Assembly: GCA_947478395.1 (NCBI GenBank)
Contig: CANJVR010000004.1
Coordinates: 224,001 to 288,000, forward strand
Source of the DNA: Opitutia bacterium
Lineage (GTDB): Bacteria > Verrucomicrobiota > Verrucomicrobiia > Opitutales > Opitutaceae
Length of the DNA: 64,000 nucleotides
Direction: 5' to 3'
Positions 1 to 9,760 of the stretch are shown in pieces. A program made the position numbers and the translations under genes. Numbering within the stretch: position 1 is the stretch's first letter; each line of letters begins with the position of its first letter. The notes beneath the pieces were generated by a model that saw only the letters and a program-made list of their open reading frames with translations, had not been told where the DNA came from and did not search any database.

Positions 1-260
1 GCCGTCGTGAAGGACCGGCGCGTGGACGGCTTTGGAGCGGCTCAATTTTTCCCTGGGCTATTTCGGATAGCGGCAGACGTCTCGGCCTGTCGGGTTCGGC
101 GTCGCCATTTAAGCAGTTAGGTAAATCGGCCGCTACGTCGTTAGCGGCCACGCTTTTGAACAAACTGGTCCGTATTTTACGCACCGCGTCCGACGAAGGC
201 CGGTTCCAGGGGGATCCCGGGCCGTACACGGGGCGCAGAGCCAAGCCTTCATTTGGGCAC

Positions 261-294
261 AAAAAAACGCCGACCGAGCAAGCTCGGTCGGCGT
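261..294 (-). terminator. Intrinsic terminator downstream of TonB-dependent receptor
   Basis: 13-bp stem ACGCCGACCGAGC/GCTCGGTCGGCGT followed on the minus strand by a T-run, about 26 nt after the stop codon. Confidence 0.85.
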
Positions 295-320
295 GAGGTT
301 GGTTAAAGAACCGATAGGGT

Positions 321-2780
321 TTAGAACTTGTAGGTGACGGAGCCGCGGAAGGTGCGGGGATCGCCTTCGACGGCAGCGGTGCGACTACCGCCGGCGAGAA
401 TGTAGTCCTTGTTGAACGCGTTCGCGATTTGGGCCCGTGCGGTCCAATTTTTCATGCGATAGGTGAAGCCGACATTGGCCAACGTACGGCCATTGTATTT
501 GTAGGTCGCCTGTTGGTTGACGAAGCCATTCCCGGCGACTCCGGCGAGAGGTTTCGTGCTGGTGAGGGCGCTGACGCTCTCGCCGACCATGTCGCTCTTG
601 TAGTCGACGCCGACGTTAAAGCCGAAGCCCTTCAACGCGCCGTCCGTGAAACGATAATCCACGTAGATGGCGGCGATGTTATCGGGTACGGCGCGAATGC
701 GAACGCCCGTCGGCTGGCGGTATTTGAACTTAGAGGCGTTGCCGATGATGCTGAGGTTTTGATTTACCGCGTAGCTGCCTTCGATTTCCCAGCCCTTCGA
801 AGTCACATCGAGATAAGTGCTGGTCGAGAGGAGGTTGGCCGCGGCCTGATTACCCTGCGAAACCAACGTGTAATATTCGCTGTTCGGAACCGCGTAGTTC
901 GTCTGCGAGATATTAAAGTGCGCAATGGACAACGTGAGCGTGTCCTTCAGGAAGGACGTCTTCACGCCGTATTCGTCCTGCGTGCCGTTGGTCGCCTTGA
1001 AGGGCGGCAAGAGGCCGGAATTACCCGCCTGCAACGAGCCGGGCATCGTTTCACCCGAGCTATTGCGGCTGTAGAATACGCCCACCTCTTTGATCGGCTT
1101 GAGTACGATGCCGTAGCTGGTGGCATTCGTGCTGATATTGAACGCCGGGACGTTGATCACCTGGGCTGCGCCGGTGGAATCAACGCGGCTTACCGTCGCG
1201 ATCGGCTGGACGCCGCTGCTGTCGGTGCGGGTAAGCTGGCCGAAATAGCGCGATGCGCCGCCCGAGATCAGCAAACGATCCTGCAGGAAGCTCAACGTTT
1301 CATAGACGTAGAACTGCATCTCTTCCAATTTGGCGGTCTTGTTCTGACCGCTGGCGGGACGCGCTGGCTCGACGTAGGCATACGGAATATAGGTAATCGC
1401 ATTCAGATTCGTGTTTAGTACGTCTGGTCCTTGCGACTGACCGACGAAGCTCCGCCATTTTGTCTTGGAGAAATTCGCGGCGAGGCCGGCGATGGTGGTC
1501 GATTTGAAAAGCTCGTTGTCGAACTTTCCGGCGTAGTCATCGCGGAGATGAACCTCGTTGTAATAGAGATGATCGCTGCCGTTGATGCGCCGGAAGACAT
1601 ACGTGCTTGGATCGGGGAGAGGGACGAGCTTCGAAGTCGCGATCGCCGTCGGGCCGGAATTGTCCACGGCCCATACCACGCCCGGCTCATATTTGCCGGT
1701 GTAGGGATTGCGGGTGGGATTGAACGCCACCAGCGAGCCCGTCACGGGATCGGGCGTGAAGATCGCGGCGCTGGTGCCGCCTTGGTCTTCGCGGGAGATA
1801 TGGTCACCCGACAGCATCAAGCGGGAGGTGATGTGCTCGCTGAGCGTCGAGAGGATTTCCAAGGTCACCCGATCCGTACGGCGATGGCGAAAATCGTTGT
1901 CGCTGCCGAAGGACCAGTTCCGGGGCAGTCCCTTGGCGATGACGGCGTAGCCGTCGCTGCCAACGCTCGGATCAATCGGAACGCCGAGGCCCGCGATTTC
2001 CCGATTTTGGACAAACTCGCCCTTGAGCACGACCTTGGTGGTCGGGGAAAGCTGCCAGCTCACCGACGGGGCAAACTCGTAGCCGCGACGGAAACTATTC
2101 TTCTGGTAACCGTGGCTGTCCCAATAGGCCGCGACCATGCGGACCGCGACGCCTTTATTGGCCGAAATGACGCGATTGATGTCGGTGCTGATTGCATTTC
2201 CGAAGTACTCCGAAACCTCGAGCGTGGCTGACTGCTGATTTTTCATGATCGGCGACTTCGTGATCGGGTTGAACTGGCCGCCAGGAGCGCCGCCGGGGAC
2301 GAGAATGGCGTTCGGACCTTTGATGATTTCGACGCGGTCGATGTTATAGGGCGCGATCGACATGCTGTAACCGTCTTCACCGGAGATCACCATGCCGTCG
2401 ATGAACTCGTGGGAGACCTGAAAACCGCGGATCGTATAGCGGTCGCCACCGACGGGGAGCGTGGATTCCACGACCGGCGTGATGTATTTGGCCGCATCGA
2501 GCATGCGCTGGCTCATCGAGTCTTCGATGAACGCGCTGGTCACGATGGAGACCGTCTGGGGAATATCTTGAATCGCCATCGCGACGCGCGTGCCGGAAAG
2601 CGCCTGCTTGGAGACGTAGGGATTCGCCGGATCTTCTTTGATGGTGAATTCGGGCAGCCGAATCGTGTCTTTGGAGGAATCGGCGGCTTGGCCGAAGGCG
2701 GACGCGACACTCAAGGTGAGCATCGCCGCGAGCGTGCACGAAAGCGTGCGACAGGTCAGGGTTGGTAGTTTACGGTTCAT
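321..2780 (-). CDS. TonB-dependent receptor
   Basis: Signal peptide, plug motifs (SGTRVAMAIQDIPQTVSIV, IDRVEIIKGPNAIL), beta-barrel character, terminal VTYKF; start set at ATG 2780 (MNRKL). Confidence 0.9.
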   Translation of the reverse strand: MNRKLPTLTCRTLSCTLAAMLTLSVASAFGQAADSSKDTIRLPEFTIKEDPANPYVSKQALSGTRVAMAIQDIPQTVSIVTSAFIEDSMSQRMLDAAKYITPVVESTLPVGGDRYTIRGFQVSHEFIDGMVISGEDGYSMSIAPYNIDRVEIIKGPNAILVPGGAPGGQFNPITKSPIMKNQQSATLEVSEYFGNAISTDINRVISANKGVAVRMVAAYWDSHGYQKNSFRRGYEFAPSVSWQLSPTTKVVLKGEFVQNREIAGLGVPIDPSVGSDGYAVIAKGLPRNWSFGSDNDFRHRRTDRVTLEILSTLSEHITSRLMLSGDHISREDQGGTSAAIFTPDPVTGSLVAFNPTRNPYTGKYEPGVVWAVDNSGPTAIATSKLVPLPDPSTYVFRRINGSDHLYYNEVHLRDDYAGKFDNELFKSTTIAGLAANFSKTKWRSFVGQSQGPDVLNTNLNAITYIPYAYVEPARPASGQNKTAKLEEMQFYVYETLSFLQDRLLISGGASRYFGQLTRTDSSGVQPIATVSRVDSTGAAQVINVPAFNISTNATSYGIVLKPIKEVGVFYSRNSSGETMPGSLQAGNSGLLPPFKATNGTQDEYGVKTSFLKDTLTLSIAHFNISQTNYAVPNSEYYTLVSQGNQAAANLLSTSTYLDVTSKGWEIEGSYAVNQNLSIIGNASKFKYRQPTGVRIRAVPDNIAAIYVDYRFTDGALKGFGFNVGVDYKSDMVGESVSALTSTKPLAGVAGNGFVNQQATYKYNGRTLANVGFTYRMKNWTARAQIANAFNKDYILAGGSRTAAVEGDPRTFRGSVTYKF

Positions 2781-3227
2781 AGGTTTTGGTTTCAGACAAA
2801 GAATCACACGTGACCCTCAAGACAGACGTGAAGTGCCACGAACTTTTCAGGGGTTGGGAGAACTCGTCGCCCGGAATCAATCCAGCCACGTTACCAAATA
2901 GCGGACGGTTCGAATACCGGTGCCGTCCGACGGGTGGAGCGAAGGTCTTTGCCGCAACAATATCGGCACCGCGATTGCGCGGTTCGCAGGGTCGCCGGTC
3001 CGGTCTGCACGACCGTCCGCTTCTTCTAGGAATTTCTCCGTTGGCTGCGCGCTGAGAGGCAAAGCCACGACTGGCGCCGCAGCGCTTTCGGCTACAACGC
3101 GGTCCAGCCGCGATACAAACACCAACCAGATGGAGAGGGCTTGATGATGTCCGAGCGGGGGAGAAAATGAGGGCCGAAGAAAAGCTTTAGCCCAAAACAT
3201 TTACACCTGCATCAAGCCAAGACGTAG

Positions 3228-3326
3228 GCCACAGAGGTCACGGAGCCCGGCCCCAGAGTTCAAAAGAGGAGGACAGCAGGGCTGCCTCCAGTGAACTCCA
3301 GGTCCGAGCTCAGTGCGCTCAGCGGC
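3228..3326. repeat. Degenerate long inverted repeat (MITE-like)
   Basis: Paired arms GAGTTCA/TGAACTC and GGAGG/CCTCC; CCACAGAG..CACGGAG periodic left end. Confidence 0.4.
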
Positions 3327-3327
3327 G

Positions 3328-3358
3328 AAAATTTTCCACGAAACGGGTGGAAAATTTT
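3328..3358. terminator. Hairpin immediately after aldehyde dehydrogenase stop (likely terminator)
   Basis: Perfect 12-bp stem AAAATTTTCCAC/GTGGAAAATTTT, 7-nt loop. Confidence 0.6.
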
Positions 3359-3360
3359 GG

Positions 3361-4944
3361 TCAGGCGCCGACGTCACGCTGGGTCCAAGCGCCGTCGATC
3401 AGACGCCACATTTTCCCATTCGGATTTTTGTCGCGCAGCGCAGCCGGGAGGCGCGTGGCGCGGACATTGTCGTAGCACTGCAAAACGCCGAAGCGGCGCA
3501 ACGCTGCCGGAATGCCGACGGCGGTGAAACCCGGATGGCCGGTCGAGGGGTAAGGACCGCCGTGATTCATCGCCGCGCTGACCGCGACCCCCGTGGGCAT
3601 CTTGTCGTTGAGCAAACGGCCGCAACGTTCGCGCAGGAGCGGCTCGAGTTTCGCGTAGAGCGCGTCGTCGGAGCCGGCGGTGTCGGAATAAACACACGCC
3701 GTGAGATTGCCCTCGAGATGCGTGAGGACCTCGGCGGCTTGCGCGGCGTCGCGCACCGTCACGACGAGCGAGGCGTTGCCGAACGCCTCGGTCTGAAGCT
3801 TCGCCGGCGCGGCGAGAAATTCTGCGCCGGACACGCGCAGCAGGGTGTTATTGAAACGACAACCGGGCGCGGCCACGGGCGTGCCACCGGTGACAACCTG
3901 GGCGCCGGCGGACGTCAGCGTCTGCACGCTTGCGGCGAGCGAGCGCGCCACAGCGGAAGACAGCAAAGGCGCGACGGGCGCGGCTTGAAGCCGGGCGGCC
4001 GCGGTCTGGATGAATTGTTCGGCGGCGTCGCCGGCGATCAGGACGATCAAACTCGGGCTCGTGCAGAACTGGCCGGAGCCCATCAAGGCGCTGCCGGCAA
4101 ATTCTTCCGCCAGTTTCACGCCGCGCTCGGCGAGGGCGCCGGGGAGAATCACGACGGGGTTCACACTGGAGAGCTCCAGATAGATCGGCTTGCCAGTGGC
4201 GTCGGCGGCGGCCTTGAGCTTCAAGCCCGCGTGACGGCTGCCGGTGTAGCCGGTCGCGCCCGTGCGGACATCGGACACGAGGCGTTCGCCGTCGGCGTGG
4301 CCGGTGCGATAAATCAGCTGCACAGTCGCCGGGTGCAGGCCGGCTTCGCCGACGGCGGCGAACGCTTCCTCGGCCAGCACGCGCGTGACGCCGGGGTGGG
4401 AGGAGTTGGCTTTGGCGATGACGGGATTCCCCGCGGCGATCGCCGCGACGAAGTCGCCGCCGGCGACGCTGTTGAAAGCGAAGGGGAAATTATTCGGTCC
4501 GAAAACCCACACCGGCCCGATGGCCGCGAGGGTCGAGCGGATATTCAGTTTGGCATCGATGGTCGGCAGTGCCCACGAGCCTTCGAGCACGGCGGCGGCG
4601 CCTTGACGGAGCTGTCCGGTCGTGCGGGGGAACTCGACGTCGCCGAGGCGCGGAGCCTTGGGCAGGCCGCTTTCGGCGTGAGCCAGGTCGACGAGTTCGG
4701 CTTTGCGAGCCTCCATCCGCTCGGCGAAGCGGGTGAGGAAGTGGGCGATTTTTTCCGGCGCGGTGGTGCGCAGGGCGACGGCGGCGGCCGTCGCGGCGGT
4801 GAGCGCGGCATCGCAATCCGCCCAGGCGCTGATGGGATATTCGCCGGAGATCGGCTCGCCCGTGGCGGGATTTTCAGAATGAAAACTACCGGTCGATTGG
4901 GCGGGGCGCCACTGGCCGGCGATCAGGATGGGATGAAGAGACAT
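3361..4944 (-). CDS. NADP+-dependent aldehyde dehydrogenase, 2-ketoglutarate semialdehyde dehydrogenase type
   Basis: FGPNNFPFAF, GYTGS, ELSSVNP, GQFCTSP, EAFG, HGGPYPST motifs; start at MSLHPIL. Confidence 0.88.
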   Translation of the reverse strand: MSLHPILIAGQWRPAQSTGSFHSENPATGEPISGEYPISAWADCDAALTAATAAAVALRTTAPEKIAHFLTRFAERMEARKAELVDLAHAESGLPKAPRLGDVEFPRTTGQLRQGAAAVLEGSWALPTIDAKLNIRSTLAAIGPVWVFGPNNFPFAFNSVAGGDFVAAIAAGNPVIAKANSSHPGVTRVLAEEAFAAVGEAGLHPATVQLIYRTGHADGERLVSDVRTGATGYTGSRHAGLKLKAAADATGKPIYLELSSVNPVVILPGALAERGVKLAEEFAGSALMGSGQFCTSPSLIVLIAGDAAEQFIQTAAARLQAAPVAPLLSSAVARSLAASVQTLTSAGAQVVTGGTPVAAPGCRFNNTLLRVSGAEFLAAPAKLQTEAFGNASLVVTVRDAAQAAEVLTHLEGNLTACVYSDTAGSDDALYAKLEPLLRERCGRLLNDKMPTGVAVSAAMNHGGPYPSTGHPGFTAVGIPAALRRFGVLQCYDNVRATRLPAALRDKNPNGKMWRLIDGAWTQRDVGA

Positions 4945-4954
4945 AAGAATGAGC

Positions 4955-5839
4955 CTAGCGGATTCGAAACGGTTCGACAACAGCGGAGACATCTTTTTCT
5001 GCGTAGCCGGCGTCGATCGCGCGCTGAAAGACCGTGAGCGCGGCGGTCGCGGTGGCGAGATCGACGGAGAGACGCGCGGCTTCGGCGTGCGCGTAAGCAA
5101 GGTCCTTGGCCATGAGCCGGAGCAGGAAATTGGGCTCGTAGGTTTGCGCCGTCATCCGGCCGGAAAAAGTTTTCACCAATGGACTGCCGGGCGCGCCGAG
5201 ACAGAGGAGCTCGAGCGCCTTGGTGCGGTCGAGTCCGCCGTGTTCGATCATGGCGATGGCTTCGGCGATCGACGCGGCCTGCACGCCGCAGACAAAATTA
5301 TTGATGAGCTTGAGCAACGCGCCGCTGCCGGTCGGACCGACGTGGTGGATGGCGCGGCTCATCACGGCCAACGCGGGGCGGATTTTTTCGAGCGCCGGGG
5401 CCGAGCCGCCGGCGAGGAAGGAAAGTTCGCCCGCTGCCGCCTGGGGTTTGCTGCCGGTGACGGGTGCGTCGATGAGCTCGCAACCGTGCGCGGTGGCGGC
5501 CGCGGCGAGTTCCTTGATCCAGCTGACGCTGACCGTGCTGCAGTCGACCAATACGGTGCCGGGCGCGGCGGCGGCGAGCGCGCCGTTTTCCCCCAGCCAG
5601 AGGGCGCGGGAGGCGTGGTCGTCGGCCACCATGCAGAAAACGATCGCGGCCTGAGCGGCGGCCTCGGCCGGTGAAGTTGCCACAGTTGCGCCCGCGGTCG
5701 CGAGAGACTCGGCTTTGTCGCGATTGCGATTGTAGACGGTGAGCGGAAAGCCCGCGCCGAGCAGACGTCGGGCCATGCCGATGCCCATGATGCCGAGGCC
5801 GAGAAAGGCGACGCGAGGTAGCGAGGGAGTGGAGGTCAT
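4955..5839 (-). CDS. Beta-hydroxyacid dehydrogenase (3-hydroxyisobutyrate/tartronate semialdehyde reductase family)
   Basis: FLGLGIMG Rossmann motif, DAPVTGS, catalytic KLINN. Confidence 0.88.
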   Translation of the reverse strand: MTSTPSLPRVAFLGLGIMGIGMARRLLGAGFPLTVYNRNRDKAESLATAGATVATSPAEAAAQAAIVFCMVADDHASRALWLGENGALAAAAPGTVLVDCSTVSVSWIKELAAAATAHGCELIDAPVTGSKPQAAAGELSFLAGGSAPALEKIRPALAVMSRAIHHVGPTGSGALLKLINNFVCGVQAASIAEAIAMIEHGGLDRTKALELLCLGAPGSPLVKTFSGRMTAQTYEPNFLLRLMAKDLAYAHAEAARLSVDLATATAALTVFQRAIDAGYAEKDVSAVVEPFRIR

Positions 5840-6837
5840 GTGAGGGCGCGAACGACGATGGGCGTGTCCGCGGCGGACGAAACGCGCAGCGGATTGCGCA
5901 GGGCGCGGCCAAAATCCTTAAACTCGACGATCATGGTATCGCCGTCGGCGAGCTCCACGCCTTCGCCAAAACTCAGCGCGCACGCACCATAATAGTGGAC
6001 GTGCAGATCGCCGGGCCGGCGGTGGGTTTCGAATTTGAAATGATGGTGCTCCATGTTGGCCAAGCTGTGGCACATCTCGGCCTCGCCGGTGGCGATCTCT
6101 TTTTTCCAGAGGGTGCGGCCCGCCCGCTCGATGGTCACGGTGCCGGGCACGGAGTCGAAGGCCGGATCGATCACCAGTTCGGGTCCGATGGAACAGGTGC
6201 GGATCTTGGAACCGGCGAGATTGAGGTAATTTTTCTTCTCGAATTTGTGATCCGAGAATTCGTTGGCGTTGGTCATGCCGATGCGGCGGGGCTGGCCGGC
6301 GTCGTCGATGAGGTAAACGCCCGCGACCTCGGCTTCTTCGCCGCCGTCGTTCGCGTAAGGCGGCACGTCGAGGGCTTCGCCCGGCGCGCGCAAGATGGTC
6401 CCGCTGCCCTTGTAAAACCACTCGGGCGCGTTGCCGACTTGGCCGCGCGCGGGTCGGCCGCCTTCGAGGCCCCAGCGAAACATTTTCATGCTGTCCGTGA
6501 GTTCGGCGTCGCTCTTCTCGTGCATGGCGGCGCGATTTTTCGCGCTGCCGAGGTGGGTGAGCCCTGTGCCCGAAACGAGACACCGCGCCGGATCCAGGGG
6601 ATGATCGATCGGCGCAAGCAACCGCCAATCGCACGTCCCCGCGTAGATCGCGTCGTACACCAGCGTTTCCCCGCTGAGCTTGGAATTAATGAAGGCGACC
6701 AGCGATTGGTTCGCGGCGATCGCCGCGGTCGCGAGCGCATGGATGGAGGTGAATTCGTCGAGCAGCAGGAGGCGCGGCTCGGCGACGAGCGCGACGCATC
6801 GTTCTTCGCCGTTTTGGAGTTGGACTAGGCGGGTCAT
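5836..6837 (-). CDS. FAH-superfamily AraD1/GguC-like protein, probable 2-keto-3-deoxy-pentonate dehydratase
   Basis: SGTGLTHLGSA, PEWFYKG, DGGEEAE, NEFSDH, NYLNLAGSK motifs; operon context. Confidence 0.8.
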   Translation of the reverse strand: MTRLVQLQNGEERCVALVAEPRLLLLDEFTSIHALATAAIAANQSLVAFINSKLSGETLVYDAIYAGTCDWRLLAPIDHPLDPARCLVSGTGLTHLGSAKNRAAMHEKSDAELTDSMKMFRWGLEGGRPARGQVGNAPEWFYKGSGTILRAPGEALDVPPYANDGGEEAEVAGVYLIDDAGQPRRIGMTNANEFSDHKFEKKNYLNLAGSKIRTCSIGPELVIDPAFDSVPGTVTIERAGRTLWKKEIATGEAEMCHSLANMEHHHFKFETHRRPGDLHVHYYGACALSFGEGVELADGDTMIVEFKDFGRALRNPLRVSSAADTPIVVRALT

Positions 6838-6854
6838 GAGCGGGAGTACGACGG

Positions 6855-8033
6855 TCAGCCGGTGACGTCGAACTGTTTCAATTTCTCCTCGTCGATCGTG
6901 AGACCGAGCCCCGGGATTTTTTCGTCGAGATCGATGAAGCCATCCTTCGCGACCGGCTCGCCCTTGAAGATATACCAGAAGAGTTCGTTGCCGACCTCGA
7001 CGTCGACCGGCGGGAAATACTCCGCCATGGGGGAATTCAGGCTGGCCATGACGATGTGGTAATTGTGCATCTGGCCGGCGTGCGGTATCACAGGGATCTG
7101 GTGCGCCTCGGCGAGCGCGGCAATCTTGCGGGCGGCGGAGATACCGCCGACGCGATTCGTGTCGAACTGGATGTAGTCAACGGCGCGGGCCTCGATGAGT
7201 TCGCGGAAACCGAATATCGTGTACTCGTGTTCGCCGCCGGAGATCGGGATGCGTCCGCATTTTTTCAACTCGGCATAGCCATGAATATCATCGGGGATGA
7301 CGGCTTCCTCGAGCCAGCGCAGGTTAAATTTTTCCAGCAGCGGAATCATGCGCTTCGCGTAGTCGAGATTCCAGCCCATGTACGCGTCGGCCATCACGTC
7401 GATGCCGTCGCCGACCGTTTCGCGCACGGTACGGACCAAGGCGACGTTGTGCTGCATGCCCTCGGCGCCGTCGACCGGACCCCAGCCGAAGCGGAGCTTC
7501 ATGGCTTTGTAGCCTTCCGCTTTGTACTTGGCTGATTCGCGGGCGAGTTCTTCGAGCGGCGTGGAATAGAGACGGCTCGAATAGACCGGGATGCGTGGCT
7601 TCGTGCGGCCGCCGAGGAGGCGGTAGACGGGTTGCTTCGCGGCTTTGCCGAGCAGATCCCAAAGGGCGATATCGACCGCGCTGATCGCCACCATGGCGAT
7701 GCCCTTGCGGCCGAACGCCATCGTTTTCCGGTACATGTGCTGCCAGAGAAACTCGATGTCCCACGGATCAGCGCCGATGAGCAGTGGTTTCAGATAAAGA
7801 TCGATGACCTGCTTCGTGACTTGCGGCGAGAGGGCGGCGTTGCCGATCCCCACGAGACCGTCGTCCGTAAAAATTTCCACGATCACCCAGCCATGAAATG
7901 TGAACGTGCCCATCGTCGCCCGCGTGAGCATGGGCGCGATGACATCCATCGGGTTGGTGCAGAAATGTGGGGGCAAGGGGACGGTCTTGCCTTTCCATTG
8001 GACAACGCGGGTACGGATTTCAGTGATTTTCAT
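6855..8033 (-). CDS. Mandelate racemase/enolase-superfamily sugar-acid dehydratase, L-lyxonate dehydratase-like
   Basis: HFCTN N-terminal motif, KxR (KLRFG), metal ligands in MADAY/WLEE/GGEHE, PHAGQMHNYH, DVEVGNELF. Confidence 0.82.
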   Translation of the reverse strand: MKITEIRTRVVQWKGKTVPLPPHFCTNPMDVIAPMLTRATMGTFTFHGWVIVEIFTDDGLVGIGNAALSPQVTKQVIDLYLKPLLIGADPWDIEFLWQHMYRKTMAFGRKGIAMVAISAVDIALWDLLGKAAKQPVYRLLGGRTKPRIPVYSSRLYSTPLEELARESAKYKAEGYKAMKLRFGWGPVDGAEGMQHNVALVRTVRETVGDGIDVMADAYMGWNLDYAKRMIPLLEKFNLRWLEEAVIPDDIHGYAELKKCGRIPISGGEHEYTIFGFRELIEARAVDYIQFDTNRVGGISAARKIAALAEAHQIPVIPHAGQMHNYHIVMASLNSPMAEYFPPVDVEVGNELFWYIFKGEPVAKDGFIDLDEKIPGLGLTIDEEKLKQFDVTG

Positions 8034-8034
8034 T

Positions 8035-9276
8035 TCAGGTGGAAAGTGGCGAAAAACGGAGGGGCTGGAGCCGGGGAATGGCGATGCAAATCACGCCGAA
8101 CGCCAGCAGATGGAGCGAACCCGCGATTATCAGCACCGGGGTGTAACTGAAGCCGTGATCGAGGAGCCAGCCGGCGAGCTGGCCGAGAACGACTCCCCCC
8201 ATGGCGCCGCCGAGACCGACGAGGCCGGCGAGTTTGCCGAGGGCGGATTTGGGTACGAGGTCGGTGGGCAGAATCATCACGAGGGTCGACCACGATTGCT
8301 GGCCGAAAAATGCGACGCTGAAAATCGCGAGCACCCACGCGACTGACGGCGCATGCGGCACGAGCATGACCCAAGGCATCAGCGCGGCGCTCGCCCCGAG
8401 GGCGAGCTTGCGTGCGCGGTTGACGGTGTGGCCGCGGCCGAGGAGCCAGCTGGAAAGTCCGCCGCCGCAGAGACAGCCCACGCCCGACGCGGCGTAGGGA
8501 ATCCAGCCGAGCGAGCCCGCCTGCTTCAGATCGAAGTGATGGGCATCGAACAGGTATTTGGGGAGCCAGAACAAATAAAAATACCACGCCGCATCGCTAA
8601 GAAACTTCGCAAGCACGACGCCCCAGACTTCGCGGTGTTGCAGCAACGCACCGACGGTGATGGTCGGAGTGGGCGCTGAACTGACGGCTGCGCTTTCGAC
8701 CGACTCTGGCGGCGGTGAATAGGTTTTCCACCACCACAGGGCCCAAACCAGCCCGAGGCCGCCGGTCAGAAAGAAAACCCAGCGCCAGCTCGCGAGATCG
8801 AGCCAGTGGATTTGCGTGAGCACGAACACGATCAGAGGCGGGGCGATCACCGCCCCGACGGCCGTGCCGGCATTGACGATGCCCATGGCGGTGGCGCGTT
8901 CGTGCACCGGAAACCATTCCGCGACGGCGCGGGTGGCGGCCGGAAATCCACCGCCTTCGCCGACGCCGAGGAGCAGCCGGCTCGCCGCGAGCATGAAGAT
9001 TCCGCCGGCGAAACCGTGGCTCGCACAGGCGAGGGACCAAAAAATCATCACCACGAGAAAACCGCGCCGCGTGCCGAGCCGGTCGAGCATCCAGCCGCCG
9101 CCAAGATACATCAGGCCGTAGGTGATAAGAAACGCGGAATCGAGAAACGCCTTTACCTGATTTGAGATCGGGATGTCGGCTTGGATCGCCTTGATCGCCC
9201 ACGGCAGGGTCTGGCGGTCGAGATAACTGATCGCGATCGCGAGACTGACAATAAAGGCGATGGACCAACGGCGCAT
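8035..9276 (-). CDS. MFS transporter, ExuT/anion:cation symporter type
   Basis: SYLDRQ, DRLGTRRG, GEGGGFP, EWFPxxERA, FWLPKYL; multiple TM segments; start MRRWSI. Confidence 0.9.
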   Translation of the reverse strand: MRRWSIAFIVSLAIAISYLDRQTLPWAIKAIQADIPISNQVKAFLDSAFLITYGLMYLGGGWMLDRLGTRRGFLVVMIFWSLACASHGFAGGIFMLAASRLLLGVGEGGGFPAATRAVAEWFPVHERATAMGIVNAGTAVGAVIAPPLIVFVLTQIHWLDLASWRWVFFLTGGLGLVWALWWWKTYSPPPESVESAAVSSAPTPTITVGALLQHREVWGVVLAKFLSDAAWYFYLFWLPKYLFDAHHFDLKQAGSLGWIPYAASGVGCLCGGGLSSWLLGRGHTVNRARKLALGASAALMPWVMLVPHAPSVAWVLAIFSVAFFGQQSWSTLVMILPTDLVPKSALGKLAGLVGLGGAMGGVVLGQLAGWLLDHGFSYTPVLIIAGSLHLLAFGVICIAIPRLQPLRFSPLST

Positions 9277-9333
9277 GAACAAGTTTTTGGGGGCTAACGC
9301 GGAGTGGGGCGGCAGGGCGAAAAAAGCCAATTA

Positions 9334-9345
9334 CTGGTACACCAG
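9334..9345. promoter_or_regulatory. Candidate GntR/FadR-type operator
   Basis: Palindrome CTGGT-AC-ACCAG about 58 nt upstream of the MFS operon, downstream of a minus-strand TTGACT at 9365-9370. Confidence 0.45.
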
Positions 9346-9760
9346 AGTTGGGCACGTCCAGCGCAGTCAAGCCTCCCGCGGGACGACTGTCCGGAAGATC
9401 GATCTGCGCGGTACTCTTTTCGATCAACCCGCGCCATATGGGTTTCCACCGGGGTTTGGCCGAATGCACCGGTGGTTCCGCGCTACGCGACGCGATCGAA
9501 AAAGAGCCGGTGCTGCGATGCGCCACCCTGTCCGCCACCGATTGAGAGAGGTGCGAGCCGGCTTGGAACGCCTTGGTGAGTCCGCGGGCGCTGGGCGCTT
9601 GAAAAAAACGCGCGCTCTAAATAGGGCATCTGCGCCGCGCTGGCGCGGAAGCTGGCCCTGCGCTGTTTCAAATTGACGTGCGAAACCGGCTTCGCGCCGC
9701 GAACTCCGAGGGGAAACGCGGGTCATGGACTGGCTTAACTTCTGCGAAACATCCCGAACC

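Noticed and set aside
2781..3227. Cobalamin or TPP riboswitch upstream of the first TBDR
   Set aside because: No B12 box or TPP core motifs found on the minus strand
9590..9760. Heat-shock promoter or CIRCE for clpB
   Set aside because: CTTGAAA present but no CCCCAT; no CIRCE; a GG-N10-GC near 9731 is too weak and too close to the ATG
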